A stretch of 64,000 nucleotides of DNA from Oxalobacteraceae bacterium (GTDB lineage Bacteria > Pseudomonadota > Gammaproteobacteria > Burkholderiales > Burkholderiaceae_D): NCBI GenBank assembly GCA_027483625.1, contig JAIXUJ010000021.1, forward strand, positions 20,690-84,689, written 5' to 3'. The notes under the pieces were generated by a model that was not told the origin of the DNA, made no database searches, and saw only the letters and a list, made by a program, of their open reading frames with translations. Position numbers and translations under genes: made by a program. This document shows positions 29,116-38,326 of this stretch, piece by piece (positions within the stretch are counted from its first letter, which is position 1; each line of letters begins with the position of its first letter).

Positions 29116-29817
29116 TCAGGCGGCCAGTTCGAGGCGGGTTTGCGGGCCCGGGGTGTAAGGACTCGCTTGCAGTTCATTGAGCGCTTCGAAGGTGATGAAC
29201 TGACGCGGACGCACCACTTCATTGCCATACGGTGCGACGCTGACGGTCCACATGCCCAGTTCTTCGGCGGCGCGCAAGGCCGGTACGGCGGTGTCGATGG
29301 CGATCGCATCCTGCGCGCTAATGCCGATCGCGTTCAGCGCGTGAGCATACGGGCCGGTACCGGCTGCGCCGTCAAAGTTGGCGCTACCCGAGACGACGGT
29401 GAACAGGCTGTTGACGTCGGCGCCGAAGCAGCCCGTCAGCAGTGCCGAAGTCGATGCGGCGGGCAGATCGGTCACGATGCAGATTTTGCCACCTGCGCTG
29501 AGCGCATCGTCAATCAGTACCAGCGCTGCCTGCAGTGCCTTGAGGGGCTGCTCGGTGATGGCCTGATGGAAGTGACGGTGTTTGTCGGCATACAGTTCGG
29601 CCACGCGTTCTTTGTCCTTTGCGAACACGTCGCCGCTAATGGCGGCACCGATGGCGCGTGCGTAACCGTGCGTGGCAGCCGCGGCGCGCAGTGCCGGTAG
29701 CGACCAGCGGATCGATAGACCTGCGTTAGCAAAGGCCGCGTTGCAGGCGGCGAGGTGCAGTGCTTCGGTGTCGAACAGCACACCGTCTAAACCGAGGAAG
29801 ATCACGTCTATGCTCAT
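29116..29817 (-). CDS. HAD-superfamily protein (CbbY-like) with a degenerate motif I
   Basis: Start at MSIDVIF. The sequence has GLDGVLFDTE where HAD enzymes have DxDGxLxDS/TE. Confidence 0.65.
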   Translation of the reverse strand: MSIDVIFLGLDGVLFDTEALHLAACNAAFANAGLSIRWSLPALRAAAATHGYARAIGAAISGDVFAKDKERVAELYADKHRHFHQAITEQPLKALQAALVLIDDALSAGGKICIVTDLPAASTSALLTGCFGADVNSLFTVVSGSANFDGAAGTGPYAHALNAIGISAQDAIAIDTAVPALRAAEELGMWTVSVAPYGNEVVRPRQFITFEALNELQASPYTPGPQTRLELAA

Positions 29818-29913
29818 GGTGGACTCGCAGGTTGGTATCGGATGACTCGAATATAGAGGTAGAATCACTGAAAGAAAAATCAGAGATTATCGGTAATCAA
29901 TAAGGAAAAGCTT

Positions 29914-30873
29914 ATGTATCCCGCGAGTTTTCGCCAGTTACAGGCGCTGGTACTAGTGGCGCGCCACGAGAATGTGTCACGCGCTGCCGATGCATTACAC
30001 GTTACGCAGCCTGCGATTTCGTTGCAAATCCGCACACTCGAACAACATGCGGGGATGGCGCTGACCCGTAAAGTGGGGCGCAACATCCAGCTGACGGCAG
30101 CCGGTGAGGTGATGGTGGAGTTCTCGGAACGCATCCTGCGCCTGTGGGAGCAAGCCGGTGACGAACTGGCGGCGCTGCAGGGCGTCACCAGTGGTACCTT
30201 GCGGATTGGCGCGGTGACGACCGCCGAGCACTTGCTGCCGCCATTGCTGGTGCCGTTCACGCTGGAGCGTCCCGATGTGCGCCTCAAGCTGCAGGTGGGG
30301 AACCGTGCGGAAATCGTGCAGATGCTGGCGCGCCACGAAATCGAACTGGCCATTATGGGGACGCCGCCGCGCGAACTGCGCACCAACGCTGCAAAGTTTG
30401 CCCGTCACCCGATGGCGTTTGTGGCGAGTCCGACGCATCCGCTGATGAAGAAGAAAAAACTCACCCTGAACGATGTGCTGGAAGCGAACCTGCTGGTGCG
30501 CGAACGTGGTTCCGGGACCCGTACTGCGGTGGAGCGCCTGCTGCGCGAAGCGGGTCACCCGCTGGAATTCGGTTCCGAAGTATCGAGTAACGAGGCGATC
30601 AAGCGCATGGTGTCGGCCGGGCTGGGGGTCGGTTTTCTGTCGGTGCACGCCTGCGGGCTGGAGTTCGAAGCGGGGCTGCTGGCGATTCTGCCGGCACCGT
30701 TGCAACCGGTCGAGGCGGACTGGCACATCATGCACCTGAGCGATCAGCCGATTCCGAAAGTGGCGGCAGCGTTTCAGGATTTCGTGATCGAAAACGGTCA
30801 GGATCTGGTGCGCCGCGAACTCGAAAGTTTTTACAAATTGCTGGGGCGCCAGCGTCAGCGCCCGCGTAACTAG
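29914..30873 (+). CDS. LysR-family transcriptional regulator (CbbR-like)
   Basis: HTH SRAADALHVTQPAISLQIRTLE plus a LysR substrate-binding domain. It is divergent from the HAD gene. Confidence 0.85.
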   Translation: MYPASFRQLQALVLVARHENVSRAADALHVTQPAISLQIRTLEQHAGMALTRKVGRNIQLTAAGEVMVEFSERILRLWEQAGDELAALQGVTSGTLRIGAVTTAEHLLPPLLVPFTLERPDVRLKLQVGNRAEIVQMLARHEIELAIMGTPPRELRTNAAKFARHPMAFVASPTHPLMKKKKLTLNDVLEANLLVRERGSGTRTAVERLLREAGHPLEFGSEVSSNEAIKRMVSAGLGVGFLSVHACGLEFEAGLLAILPAPLQPVEADWHIMHLSDQPIPKVAAAFQDFVIENGQDLVRRELESFYKLLGRQRQRPRN

Positions 30874-31025
30874 GGGGTTGCAGCCAGTCTGGCAGTGCAT
30901 ACTGCCGTGGGCTCGTACCGGTAAAATAACCAGTACACCTCTGTAAAGTGTTTGCGGAAGTGTACTGGTACAGATCTGGCGATCCTGCCTACAATGGGGA
31001 CTCCCTGTTGCTACCGGATGCCGCC

Positions 31026-31631
31026 ATGTCTCTCGAACTCCTTCTGCCCCTGTGCACTTTTGCTGCCATCAGTTCCATCACACCCGGTCCGAACAATGCC
31101 ATGATTCTGGCCTCGGGTCTGAACTATGGCTTGCGTCGTTCGCTGCCTCACCTGTTCGGTATCTGCAGCGGCTTTACCTTCATGATTTTCGCCACCGGCG
31201 TGGGGCTGCATACGGTGTTCGAGCAAGTGCCGATGCTGCAGGTGCTGCTCAAATATGCCGGTGCAGCCTATCTGCTCTGGCTGGCGTGGAAGCTGGCCCA
31301 TGCTGCGCCGATGAGTGCGACCCAGTCGGCCGGTAGCAAGCCGATGACTTTTCTGGGAGCCGCAGCTTTCCAGTGGGTCAATCCGAAAGCGTGGGTGATG
31401 GCGATTGGTGCGCTGACGACCTATCTGCCGGCTGGTTTCAAGGTGCTCGATGTGGCCATGCTGGCCGGTGTGTTTGGCCTGATCGGGATTTTCTGTGTCG
31501 GCAGCTGGGCGATGTTCGGCGTGGCAATGCGGCAGGTGCTGCAGAATGAACGCTCGGTGCGCATCTTCAATGTGGTCATGGCGCTGGCGCTGGTGGCTTC
31601 GCTGTATCCGATTCTGCTGGGCGCGACCTAG
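31026..31631 (+). CDS. LysE/RhtB-family amino-acid exporter
   Basis: Start at MSLELLLP. ITPGPNN motif and about 6 TM helices. Confidence 0.85.
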   Translation: MSLELLLPLCTFAAISSITPGPNNAMILASGLNYGLRRSLPHLFGICSGFTFMIFATGVGLHTVFEQVPMLQVLLKYAGAAYLLWLAWKLAHAAPMSATQSAGSKPMTFLGAAAFQWVNPKAWVMAIGALTTYLPAGFKVLDVAMLAGVFGLIGIFCVGSWAMFGVAMRQVLQNERSVRIFNVVMALALVASLYPILLGAT

Positions 31632-33181
31632 AAGCGCGGCAGCGCGCGCAGGCTGCTGCGCATGCCGGTCAGATCCGTTCTCTGCGTCGCCTGAAGCGCC
31701 TGCAGGTAGCCGCGTGCAAAAGCGATATGCTCGGCAGCTTGCGGATGCACTTGCGCCAGTTGTCGCAGCAAGCGTTCCGCCACCACCAGATCGTTGTGCT
31801 GGCCGAGCGTTTCCTGCGTTGTGGCCAGCGTGGCCAGATACTGACGCAGTGCTTTGCCACGATACAGAGAACGGAAAAACTCCAGCGCGTAGCGGGCGCG
31901 CTTGGCGGCAATCCGCGTGCTGTGCAGACTGGCCGGATCGTTATCGTGCATTTTTCGGGCGCGCCTGAGCAGTTTTTTGTGCAGGCCGTGCAGGGTTTTC
32001 TGTGCATAGGTGTAGGCAGTGACGGCCATGCTGTCATCGTCGCCGTGGCCATCGCCATCGCCATCATTGTCTGCTGCGCCATCGGCGGCGCCGCTATGGG
32101 CTGCTCCCTGCAGCAGCCAGCGAGCAATTTCCAGCTGCAGGCGGGTGTACTGGGGCGACTGCAATGCCAGTGCTGCCTGTTGGCGATGGATCTGTACCTG
32201 CGCCTGCACCAGCGCTGGCAGATCGTGCAGAGCGCCCGGTCCACCGGGGCTGGCCTGTATGCGTGCCAGCGTGGCACTGCCCAGCACTTCCCAGTCACGC
32301 GCAGCACCCAGCACCTGCGCCAGCCAGCGCCAGTCGTTGTGCATGCTGGCCGGGCAGGGTGCCACCGGCTCGAACAGCTTCAGGGCCGAGCGCAGACGAC
32401 GCACGCCAACGCGCATCTGGTGCAGTGCCTCGGGATCGTCAGTGTGGATCACGGCCAGCTGATTGGCCTGTACCTGCTCCAGGCAGTTGTGCAGGATGGC
32501 GCGCCGTGCGTGCGCCAGTGTCGCCCCGGCTTCCAGCACCACCGGCCGCGCGTGCACCGCTTGCGTGCCGCTCTGGCGACACAGCGCGTAACCACGTTCG
32601 GCCTTGCTGACGTTACTCAGTTGTAGCGACAAGCGCTCCAGCAATTGCAGGGCCAGTGCAAACAGATGTTCCGGCGCGCCGTGTTTCAGTTCCAGTTCGA
32701 TTTCGTTGATCGCTACCTGCTGACCCTTGCGCACGATGTGGCCGCAATCGAGCACCAGTTCGATCTGGCTGGACGCGTAGGCCAGCAGCCAGATTTCGCG
32801 CTGCACCACCACTTCGAAGAGTGCTTCGAGCCGGTCGCTCAGTCCCTTTACTGAAAGTACCTCGCGCCAGTGCTGCTCGTTGCCGACCAGCTTGCGCAGT
32901 TTGCCCAGCTGCGGCCATGGGCGGCTGACCGGGCCTTGCCACTCGTTGCGCTGGTGCAGGCCGCTCTGGACACTGCCACCGGCTTTCATGGTCTGCACCC
33001 ATAGCCCGTCTTCCTTGCGCACGCGCAGGCCTGCGCCGTGGCGCAGCAGGTGCAGATCGGGGGTGTCGAAATAGTGCGCCGTCAGCTGCTGAGTGCGGGT
33101 TGCCACACCGGCCAGCAGCGGATGGCGGCGCAGTTCCGCATTGTCAGCGGGCGCGAGCAGTAGTTTGAGTTCGATTTCCAT
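31628..33181 (-). CDS. CYTH and CHAD domain protein
   Basis: Start at MEIELKLLL (the CYTH ExExK signature). The C-terminal half is a His/Arg-rich helical CHAD domain. The upstream part of the tracked ORF overlaps gluQ and was discarded. Confidence 0.8.
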   Translation of the reverse strand: MEIELKLLLAPADNAELRRHPLLAGVATRTQQLTAHYFDTPDLHLLRHGAGLRVRKEDGLWVQTMKAGGSVQSGLHQRNEWQGPVSRPWPQLGKLRKLVGNEQHWREVLSVKGLSDRLEALFEVVVQREIWLLAYASSQIELVLDCGHIVRKGQQVAINEIELELKHGAPEHLFALALQLLERLSLQLSNVSKAERGYALCRQSGTQAVHARPVVLEAGATLAHARRAILHNCLEQVQANQLAVIHTDDPEALHQMRVGVRRLRSALKLFEPVAPCPASMHNDWRWLAQVLGAARDWEVLGSATLARIQASPGGPGALHDLPALVQAQVQIHRQQAALALQSPQYTRLQLEIARWLLQGAAHSGAADGAADNDGDGDGHGDDDSMAVTAYTYAQKTLHGLHKKLLRRARKMHDNDPASLHSTRIAAKRARYALEFFRSLYRGKALRQYLATLATTQETLGQHNDLVVAERLLRQLAQVHPQAAEHIAFARGYLQALQATQRTDLTGMRSSLRALPRF

Positions 33182-33203
33182 CAGCTCAGTGTAGCTAGTT
33201 GCT

Positions 33204-34109
33204 TCAACGCGGGTCGCACTGCACCAGTGCCGCCCATGCCGGGATGGCCACGCGCCAGAATTCGGCGATGCTGCTGGCAGTGAGATCGAGACCGAGGAAG
33301 CGTGCGGCAGGGAGTAGCGCGTGCTCCAGCAGATGCGCTGGTGCAACGCCCTGATCGAAGGCTGTGGCGCCAGTCTGTTTGGAGAGCTTTTCTCCCTGCG
33401 CATTGCACACCACCGGCACATGCAGATAGCGCGGTTGCGGCAAGCCCAGTTGCTGTTGCAGATACAACTGGCGCGGCGTGGAGTCGAGCAGGTCGGCGCC
33501 GCGCACAATGTCGGTAATGCCTTGCGCGCCATCGTCCACCACCACCGCCAGCTGGTAAGCCCAGAAGCCGTCGGCACGGCGGATCACGAAGTCGCCCACT
33601 TCATCGGTCAGGTCCTGACTGATGTGTCCGGCCCAGCGGTCATCGGTGCCCAGCACGCATTGGGGGGACTGCGGCACTTTCAGGCGCAGCGCACGCGCCG
33701 TCTTGCCCGCTGCCAGACCGTTGCGGCAGGTACCGGGATAAATCAGTGCCTGCGCCTGCTTGCCGGTCAGGCTCAGCTGGGAATCGGCGATTTCCTTGCG
33801 CGAGCAGCCGCAGGGATAGACCAGTTCGCCCAGTTGCAGTAGCGCCTGCTCGTACAGGGCGGTGCGCTGGCTTTGCCACGTGATCTCGCCATCCCACTGC
33901 ATGCCGCAGCGCTGTAGCGAAGCAATGATGTGCTGGTCGGCACCGGCCACGTTGCGGTCGCCATCAACATCTTCGATGCGTAATAGCCACTGGCCATGGT
34001 GGGCGCGGGCGTCCAGATAGCTGGCCATGGCGGCCACTAGCGAGCCGATATGCAGGGGGCCGGTGGGGGAGGGCGCGAAACGGCCAAGGTAGGGCAGGTG
34101 CTCAGTCAT
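33204..34109 (-). CDS. gluQ: tRNA glutamyl-Q(34) synthetase
   Basis: GRFAPSPTGPLHIGSL (HIGH), LLRIEDVD, and a ~300-aa truncated GluRS catalytic domain with KLSKQ. Confidence 0.9.
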   Translation of the reverse strand: MTEHLPYLGRFAPSPTGPLHIGSLVAAMASYLDARAHHGQWLLRIEDVDGDRNVAGADQHIIASLQRCGMQWDGEITWQSQRTALYEQALLQLGELVYPCGCSRKEIADSQLSLTGKQAQALIYPGTCRNGLAAGKTARALRLKVPQSPQCVLGTDDRWAGHISQDLTDEVGDFVIRRADGFWAYQLAVVVDDGAQGITDIVRGADLLDSTPRQLYLQQQLGLPQPRYLHVPVVCNAQGEKLSKQTGATAFDQGVAPAHLLEHALLPAARFLGLDLTASSIAEFWRVAIPAWAALVQCDPR

Positions 34110-34196
34110 GGCGTTATTTTAGCGCGCTGATCGCATACAATGGTGGCGCGGTAATTTTTGACCATCCGCCCCCATTACTTTTGAACTCAGGAAATC

Positions 34197-35831
34197 ATGC
34201 AAAAAATGACCCCCTCCTATCTTGCTTCCGCTGTGGCTATGAGCCTGGCGCTGGCATTCCCTGTTCATGCGGCTGGCAATGCCAGCGCTGCTGCCGTCGT
34301 CAAGGAAGCGCCGCTGCGCGCCCATCTGGCTTTCCTCGCCAGCGATGTGCTGGAAGGCCGTGGCACCGGCCAGCGCGGTGCGGACCTGACGGTTGCCTAC
34401 CTCGAAACGCAGGCGCAGGCACTGGGCCTGAAACCGGGCAATGGCAGCAGCTTCCGCCAGTCGGTGATGATCGCCGGCGTCAAGACCGATCCGGCGGCCA
34501 GCACGCTGGCACTGCAGGCTGGTGGTCAGGCGCTGCCGATCCGCTTTGGCGATGACTGGGTGTTCGCCCCCGGCGACGCCACCGCGACCCATGCCTTCGA
34601 TAATGAGCTGGTGTTCGTGGGCTATGGCATCACTGCACCGGACGAACAGTGGAACGACTTCAAGGGTCTGGATCTGAAGGGCAAGGTTCTGGTGATGATG
34701 GTCAATGATCCTCAGCCGACTGCCGAACAGCCGAACCGCTTCAACGGCAAAGGGCTGACTTACTACGGCCGCTGGACCTATAAATTCGAAGAAGCCCGCC
34801 GTCAGGGCGCTGCCGGGGTGTTGCTGATTCACACCACGCCCACTGCCTCGTATGGCTGGAGTGTGATCCAGAACAGCTGGTCGGGTGTGGAGCGCTTCCA
34901 GCTGGCCGCCGGTACGCTGGGCAGTCCGCTGCAAGGCTGGATGACGGATGCCACCGCACAGGCACTGTTCAAGGCGGCCGGTCAGGATCTGGACGCACTG
35001 CGTGCCGCGGCGGAACGCAAGGACTTCAAGCCGGTCACGCTGGCTGCCAAACTGACCGGCACCATGCAGGCTGCCGTGCGTAAAGTCGAGCAGTTCAACG
35101 TGGCGGCGGTGGTGCCGGGTACCGATCCGAAGCTGAAAGACGAAGTCGTCATTTACAGCGCGCACTGGGACCATCTGGGCAAGCAGGGTGAAGGCAAGGA
35201 TGTGATCTTCAATGGCGCGGTGGACAATGCGTCCGGTACCGCAGCACTGCTGGCGATGGCGCAGGAAGCCATCCATGCACCGGCAAAACGTAGCCAGATG
35301 TTCCTGTGGGTAGCGGCCGAAGAGCAGGGTCTGCTCGGTAGCGCGGCCTATGCTGCGGCACCGCTGTGGCCACTGGCGAAAACGGCGGCCAACCTGAATC
35401 TGGATAGTCTGAACTTTGTCGGCGCTACGCGCGACATCGGCACGCAGGGTAGCGAGCGCACCGAACTGGGTCAGCTGGCAAGCAGCACCGCCAAGGCGAT
35501 GGGCATGCGCATTGCGGATGCAGAACCGGATCTGGCAGGCGGCTACTTCCGTAGCGACCACTTCAATTTTGCCAAGAATGGTGTGCCGGCGTTCTCGATC
35601 GAATCGGGCCGCGACTACATCAAGGATGTCGCTGTTGCCAAGGCTAAAGCGGCTGCCTACGGCCCGCGCTACCATCAGGTGACGGATGAATACGATGCCA
35701 GCTGGGATCTGTCGGGCATGGTGCAGACGGCACAATACACGCTCAATCTGGGCCGTGTGATTGCGAATGGCGCCAAGCTGCCGGAATGGAAAGCCGGCGA
35801 CGCGTTCGCCCAGCCACGTAACCGCCGCTAA
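34197..35831 (+). CDS. M28-family aminopeptidase with a PA domain
   Basis: Signal peptide, HWDHLG, NGAVDNASGTA, AAEEQGLLGS and SDHFNF metal-ligand motifs. Confidence 0.85.
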   Translation: MQKMTPSYLASAVAMSLALAFPVHAAGNASAAAVVKEAPLRAHLAFLASDVLEGRGTGQRGADLTVAYLETQAQALGLKPGNGSSFRQSVMIAGVKTDPAASTLALQAGGQALPIRFGDDWVFAPGDATATHAFDNELVFVGYGITAPDEQWNDFKGLDLKGKVLVMMVNDPQPTAEQPNRFNGKGLTYYGRWTYKFEEARRQGAAGVLLIHTTPTASYGWSVIQNSWSGVERFQLAAGTLGSPLQGWMTDATAQALFKAAGQDLDALRAAAERKDFKPVTLAAKLTGTMQAAVRKVEQFNVAAVVPGTDPKLKDEVVIYSAHWDHLGKQGEGKDVIFNGAVDNASGTAALLAMAQEAIHAPAKRSQMFLWVAAEEQGLLGSAAYAAAPLWPLAKTAANLNLDSLNFVGATRDIGTQGSERTELGQLASSTAKAMGMRIADAEPDLAGGYFRSDHFNFAKNGVPAFSIESGRDYIKDVAVAKAKAAAYGPRYHQVTDEYDASWDLSGMVQTAQYTLNLGRVIANGAKLPEWKAGDAFAQPRNRR

Positions 35832-35852
35832 GCGCAGCAGCCGGTTACCAGC

Positions 35853-35888
35853 GGCGGTTGGCGCAGTGCGCCGACCGCCGTTTTTTTT
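35853..35888 (+). terminator. Rho-independent terminator after the M28 peptidase gene
   Basis: GGCGGTTGGCGC-agt-GCGCCGACCGCC (one G-T wobble) followed by G and T8. Confidence 0.8.
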
Positions 35889-35908
35889 GCCCTGACTGGT
35901 GCCGCACC

Positions 35909-36622
35909 TTAGTGGTGGAACGACACGGTGATGGTGGTGCCCGTCAGGTCGATGCCACGGATGGCGATACTGCCAAAGCTGGGGCCTTCCGAACCCTTGA
36001 CGCGGATATTGTCGAAATTGATTTCACCGATCGAGGAGGGCATGGCCAGCGTCAACGACCCGTCCTTGTTGATGGTGGCGCTGGCCTTGCTCGGGTCGTA
36101 CACCACATTTTTCATGCTGGTGTCGGCTTCCAGAAAGCCCAGCACGGGATTGACGATTTTTGCCATATCCCCGATCACTTCCAGTCCGTTGTGCTTGGCG
36201 TCCTTGACGGCGTTCACCAGCTGGTCGCTCAGCCCCTGCGCCGAGGTGTCGCCCAGTTCTTCTTCGCTCATCGCCTGCAGGCCGGGCCGTTCATTGATCT
36301 GCAAGCCGCGCTGGTCTTTGGCCAGCAAGACCGGCGTGCCGATCGCCAGTGAGGGCAGGGCCTGCGCCGCATAGCCTTCCAGTGGTGCCAGCAGCGAAGT
36401 GGCAATCGCTGCCGCCATACGCAGCCTGCGCTGCTTGCGCAGTGCCGCTTCGATGTGCTGCTGGCTAATGAGGTTCAACTCGGCAAAAATGTCACCGAGG
36501 CGCTGACCGGTTTTGCGCTGGGTTTCAATGGCGCTGGCCAGTTGTTCTTCGGTAATCAGCTTCTGTTTGACCAGCAGCTGACCCAGCATCGATTTATTCT
36601 GATTATTCGACAACCATCCCAT
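35909..36622 (-). CDS. MshEN-like (c-di-GMP-binding motif) domain fused to a member of the fibre-subunit-like family (P0)
   Basis: The ATG at 36622 is preceded by GGGGAGAA. Residues 12-35 and 41-64 each fit the 24-residue MshEN motif, with a 5-residue spacer. A hydrophobic segment follows, then MSEEELGDTSAQG, and the C-terminus is FGSIAIRGIDLTGTTITVSFHH, as in P1/P2. Confidence 0.7.
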   Translation of the reverse strand: MGWLSNNQNKSMLGQLLVKQKLITEEQLASAIETQRKTGQRLGDIFAELNLISQQHIEAALRKQRRLRMAAAIATSLLAPLEGYAAQALPSLAIGTPVLLAKDQRGLQINERPGLQAMSEEELGDTSAQGLSDQLVNAVKDAKHNGLEVIGDMAKIVNPVLGFLEADTSMKNVVYDPSKASATINKDGSLTLAMPSSIGEINFDNIRVKGSEGPSFGSIAIRGIDLTGTTITVSFHH

Positions 36623-36638
36623 CGCCTGTTCTCCCCTT

Positions 36639-36698
36639 GTATGCCGGCTATCATGCCGGCTTATTCTGCTGCCTAGTATGCTGCCTAGTATGCCAGCC
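36639..36698. repeat. Five-unit degenerate 12-nt tandem array upstream of P0
   Basis: GTATGCCGGCTA / TCATGCCGGCTT / ATTCTGCTGCCT / AGTATGCTGCCT / AGTATGCCAGCC. It includes a perfect 12-nt tandem CTGCCTAGTATG x2 at 36669-36692. Confidence 0.6.
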
Positions 36699-36752
36699 TT
36701 CGCGGCCGATCTGCTGTGCCGCGCTGTGTTGTGGTCTTTTTGCGCCGTCTGT

Positions 36753-37754
36753 TTATGCTGACTTGCGTGGTAACCCTGCCTGCAAGGCTTCCGGATGAGG
36801 CCCCGGCTGATTGGCCTGTTGCACAATATCGGACGGCGCCATGCCGAACCAGCGCTTGCAGGCGCGATAGAAGGCACTCGGTTCCGAAAAGCCCAGCTGG
36901 AAACTGAGCATTTTCAGCGACAGTTCGCCGCAGCTGAGTGACTGGCGCGCCAGTTCGCGGCGCGTATCGTCCACCAGATTGGTGAAGCTGGTACCTTCTT
37001 CGGCCAGCCGGCGTTGCAAGGTACGCTCGCTCATCATCAGCTGCGCCGCCACGTCGTCGCGGTGCGGCGGCCCCTTCGGCAGCAGGCTGGCCAGCAAGGC
37101 CTGTACCTTGGCGCTGAAGGTGGGCGGCTCGGCGCGTGCCAGCGTGGCCAGCACCCGTTCGCCGCTGCCTTCGGCCAGTGGCGGATTGGCCGGCAGCGCC
37201 ATGACCAGATCGGTGTCGGAAAACTCCATGACATTGTGCGGCATATCGAACTTCACGGGGCAGCCGAAGGTTTCTTCGTAGACGTGGGCGTTGGCCGGTG
37301 CCGGGAAGCTGTATTCCACCACCACCGGTGCGATGTCATCGCGTCCGGCAGCGCAGCGCAGCGAGCGCAGCAGCACGCACCAGACGAAGTCGTAGCGCTG
37401 TTGCGGCACACTGCGGCGCGCGCCCGGCAGCAGCAGGCCGACGCGGGTATTGCCATGGCAGCGTTCGATCGAACTTTGCACGGTGGGCGAGACCAGCATG
37501 ATGTGGCCCATCACGCCCAGCCAGCCGAGCCGGTGGGGCGAGGAGATTTTCAGGCCGATCAGGGGATCAGCCGATTGCGCCACCACCAGTTCCCACAGGT
37601 GGCTGAGTTTATCGGACAGCGTCAATGCGTCGCAGGCCAGACCCTCGCCTTCGTTCAGACCGGCTTCGGCGAACAGTGCATCGGCGGCGACACCTGAATT
37701 GATCAGCCGCGATTTCACGCCGCGCACCAGATGCAGGGCGGACGAGTAACTCAT
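36753..37754 (-). CDS. AraC-family transcriptional regulator
   Basis: C-terminal double HTH (ERTLQRRLAEEGTSFTNLV...LSFQLGFSEPSAFYRACKRWFG) and an N-terminal AraC ligand-binding-like domain. There is a 4-nt overlap with the upstream gene. Confidence 0.85.
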   Translation of the reverse strand: MSYSSALHLVRGVKSRLINSGVAADALFAEAGLNEGEGLACDALTLSDKLSHLWELVVAQSADPLIGLKISSPHRLGWLGVMGHIMLVSPTVQSSIERCHGNTRVGLLLPGARRSVPQQRYDFVWCVLLRSLRCAAGRDDIAPVVVEYSFPAPANAHVYEETFGCPVKFDMPHNVMEFSDTDLVMALPANPPLAEGSGERVLATLARAEPPTFSAKVQALLASLLPKGPPHRDDVAAQLMMSERTLQRRLAEEGTSFTNLVDDTRRELARQSLSCGELSLKMLSFQLGFSEPSAFYRACKRWFGMAPSDIVQQANQPGPHPEALQAGLPRKSA

Positions 37755-38308
37755 GGCGTAACCGCTGCGCGCAGACGCAGGCCGATTTTCTCTTTCAGGC
37801 CTTGCAGCTTGGGATCGATCACGGCGCGCGTGTCGGCCGCCACGCCTTCACCGAGGGTTTTCTGCATTTCCGGCAGCATGGCTTCGAATTTTTTCTTCAC
37901 CGGCGATTCGAGAATCGCGATCAGCTGGCGCAATTCCTCATCCGTGTAGCGTTCCGCCAGCAACGGTGCGATTTTGGCCAGGATCAGTTTGTCGGCGCTA
38001 GCCTTGGTAATCGGCGTGGCATCGGCCATGAAGGCTTTGGCCTCGTTGATGATGTCGGTCATGGCGGCCTCGCGTTTTTCCGGTGCGGCGCGGCCCTGCA
38101 GCATGGCGCGCGCCTGCTGCACGGCGTCGGCGACCGGAACTTGCAGCATGGACTGGCCGATGTTGTCCGGATTCCACAGCTTCAGCACCTGATCGACCAG
38201 CGCCTGTTTGGCGGGCGACACCGCTGCTGCATGGGCACCGGCGCAGGCTGCGCTCAGGGCTAGCAGCACCAGGCCGCGCTTGCAGTGGGTGATAAGGGGT
38301 GTGCTCAT
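37751..38308 (-). CDS. DUF2059-like periplasmic protein
   Basis: Signal peptide (AGAHA|AAV). YTDEELRQLIAILESPVKKKF matches the DUF2059 hallmark. Confidence 0.6.
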   Translation of the reverse strand: MSTPLITHCKRGLVLLALSAACAGAHAAAVSPAKQALVDQVLKLWNPDNIGQSMLQVPVADAVQQARAMLQGRAAPEKREAAMTDIINEAKAFMADATPITKASADKLILAKIAPLLAERYTDEELRQLIAILESPVKKKFEAMLPEMQKTLGEGVAADTRAVIDPKLQGLKEKIGLRLRAAVTP

Positions 38309-38326
38309 AGTTTGCTCCTTTTTAAA

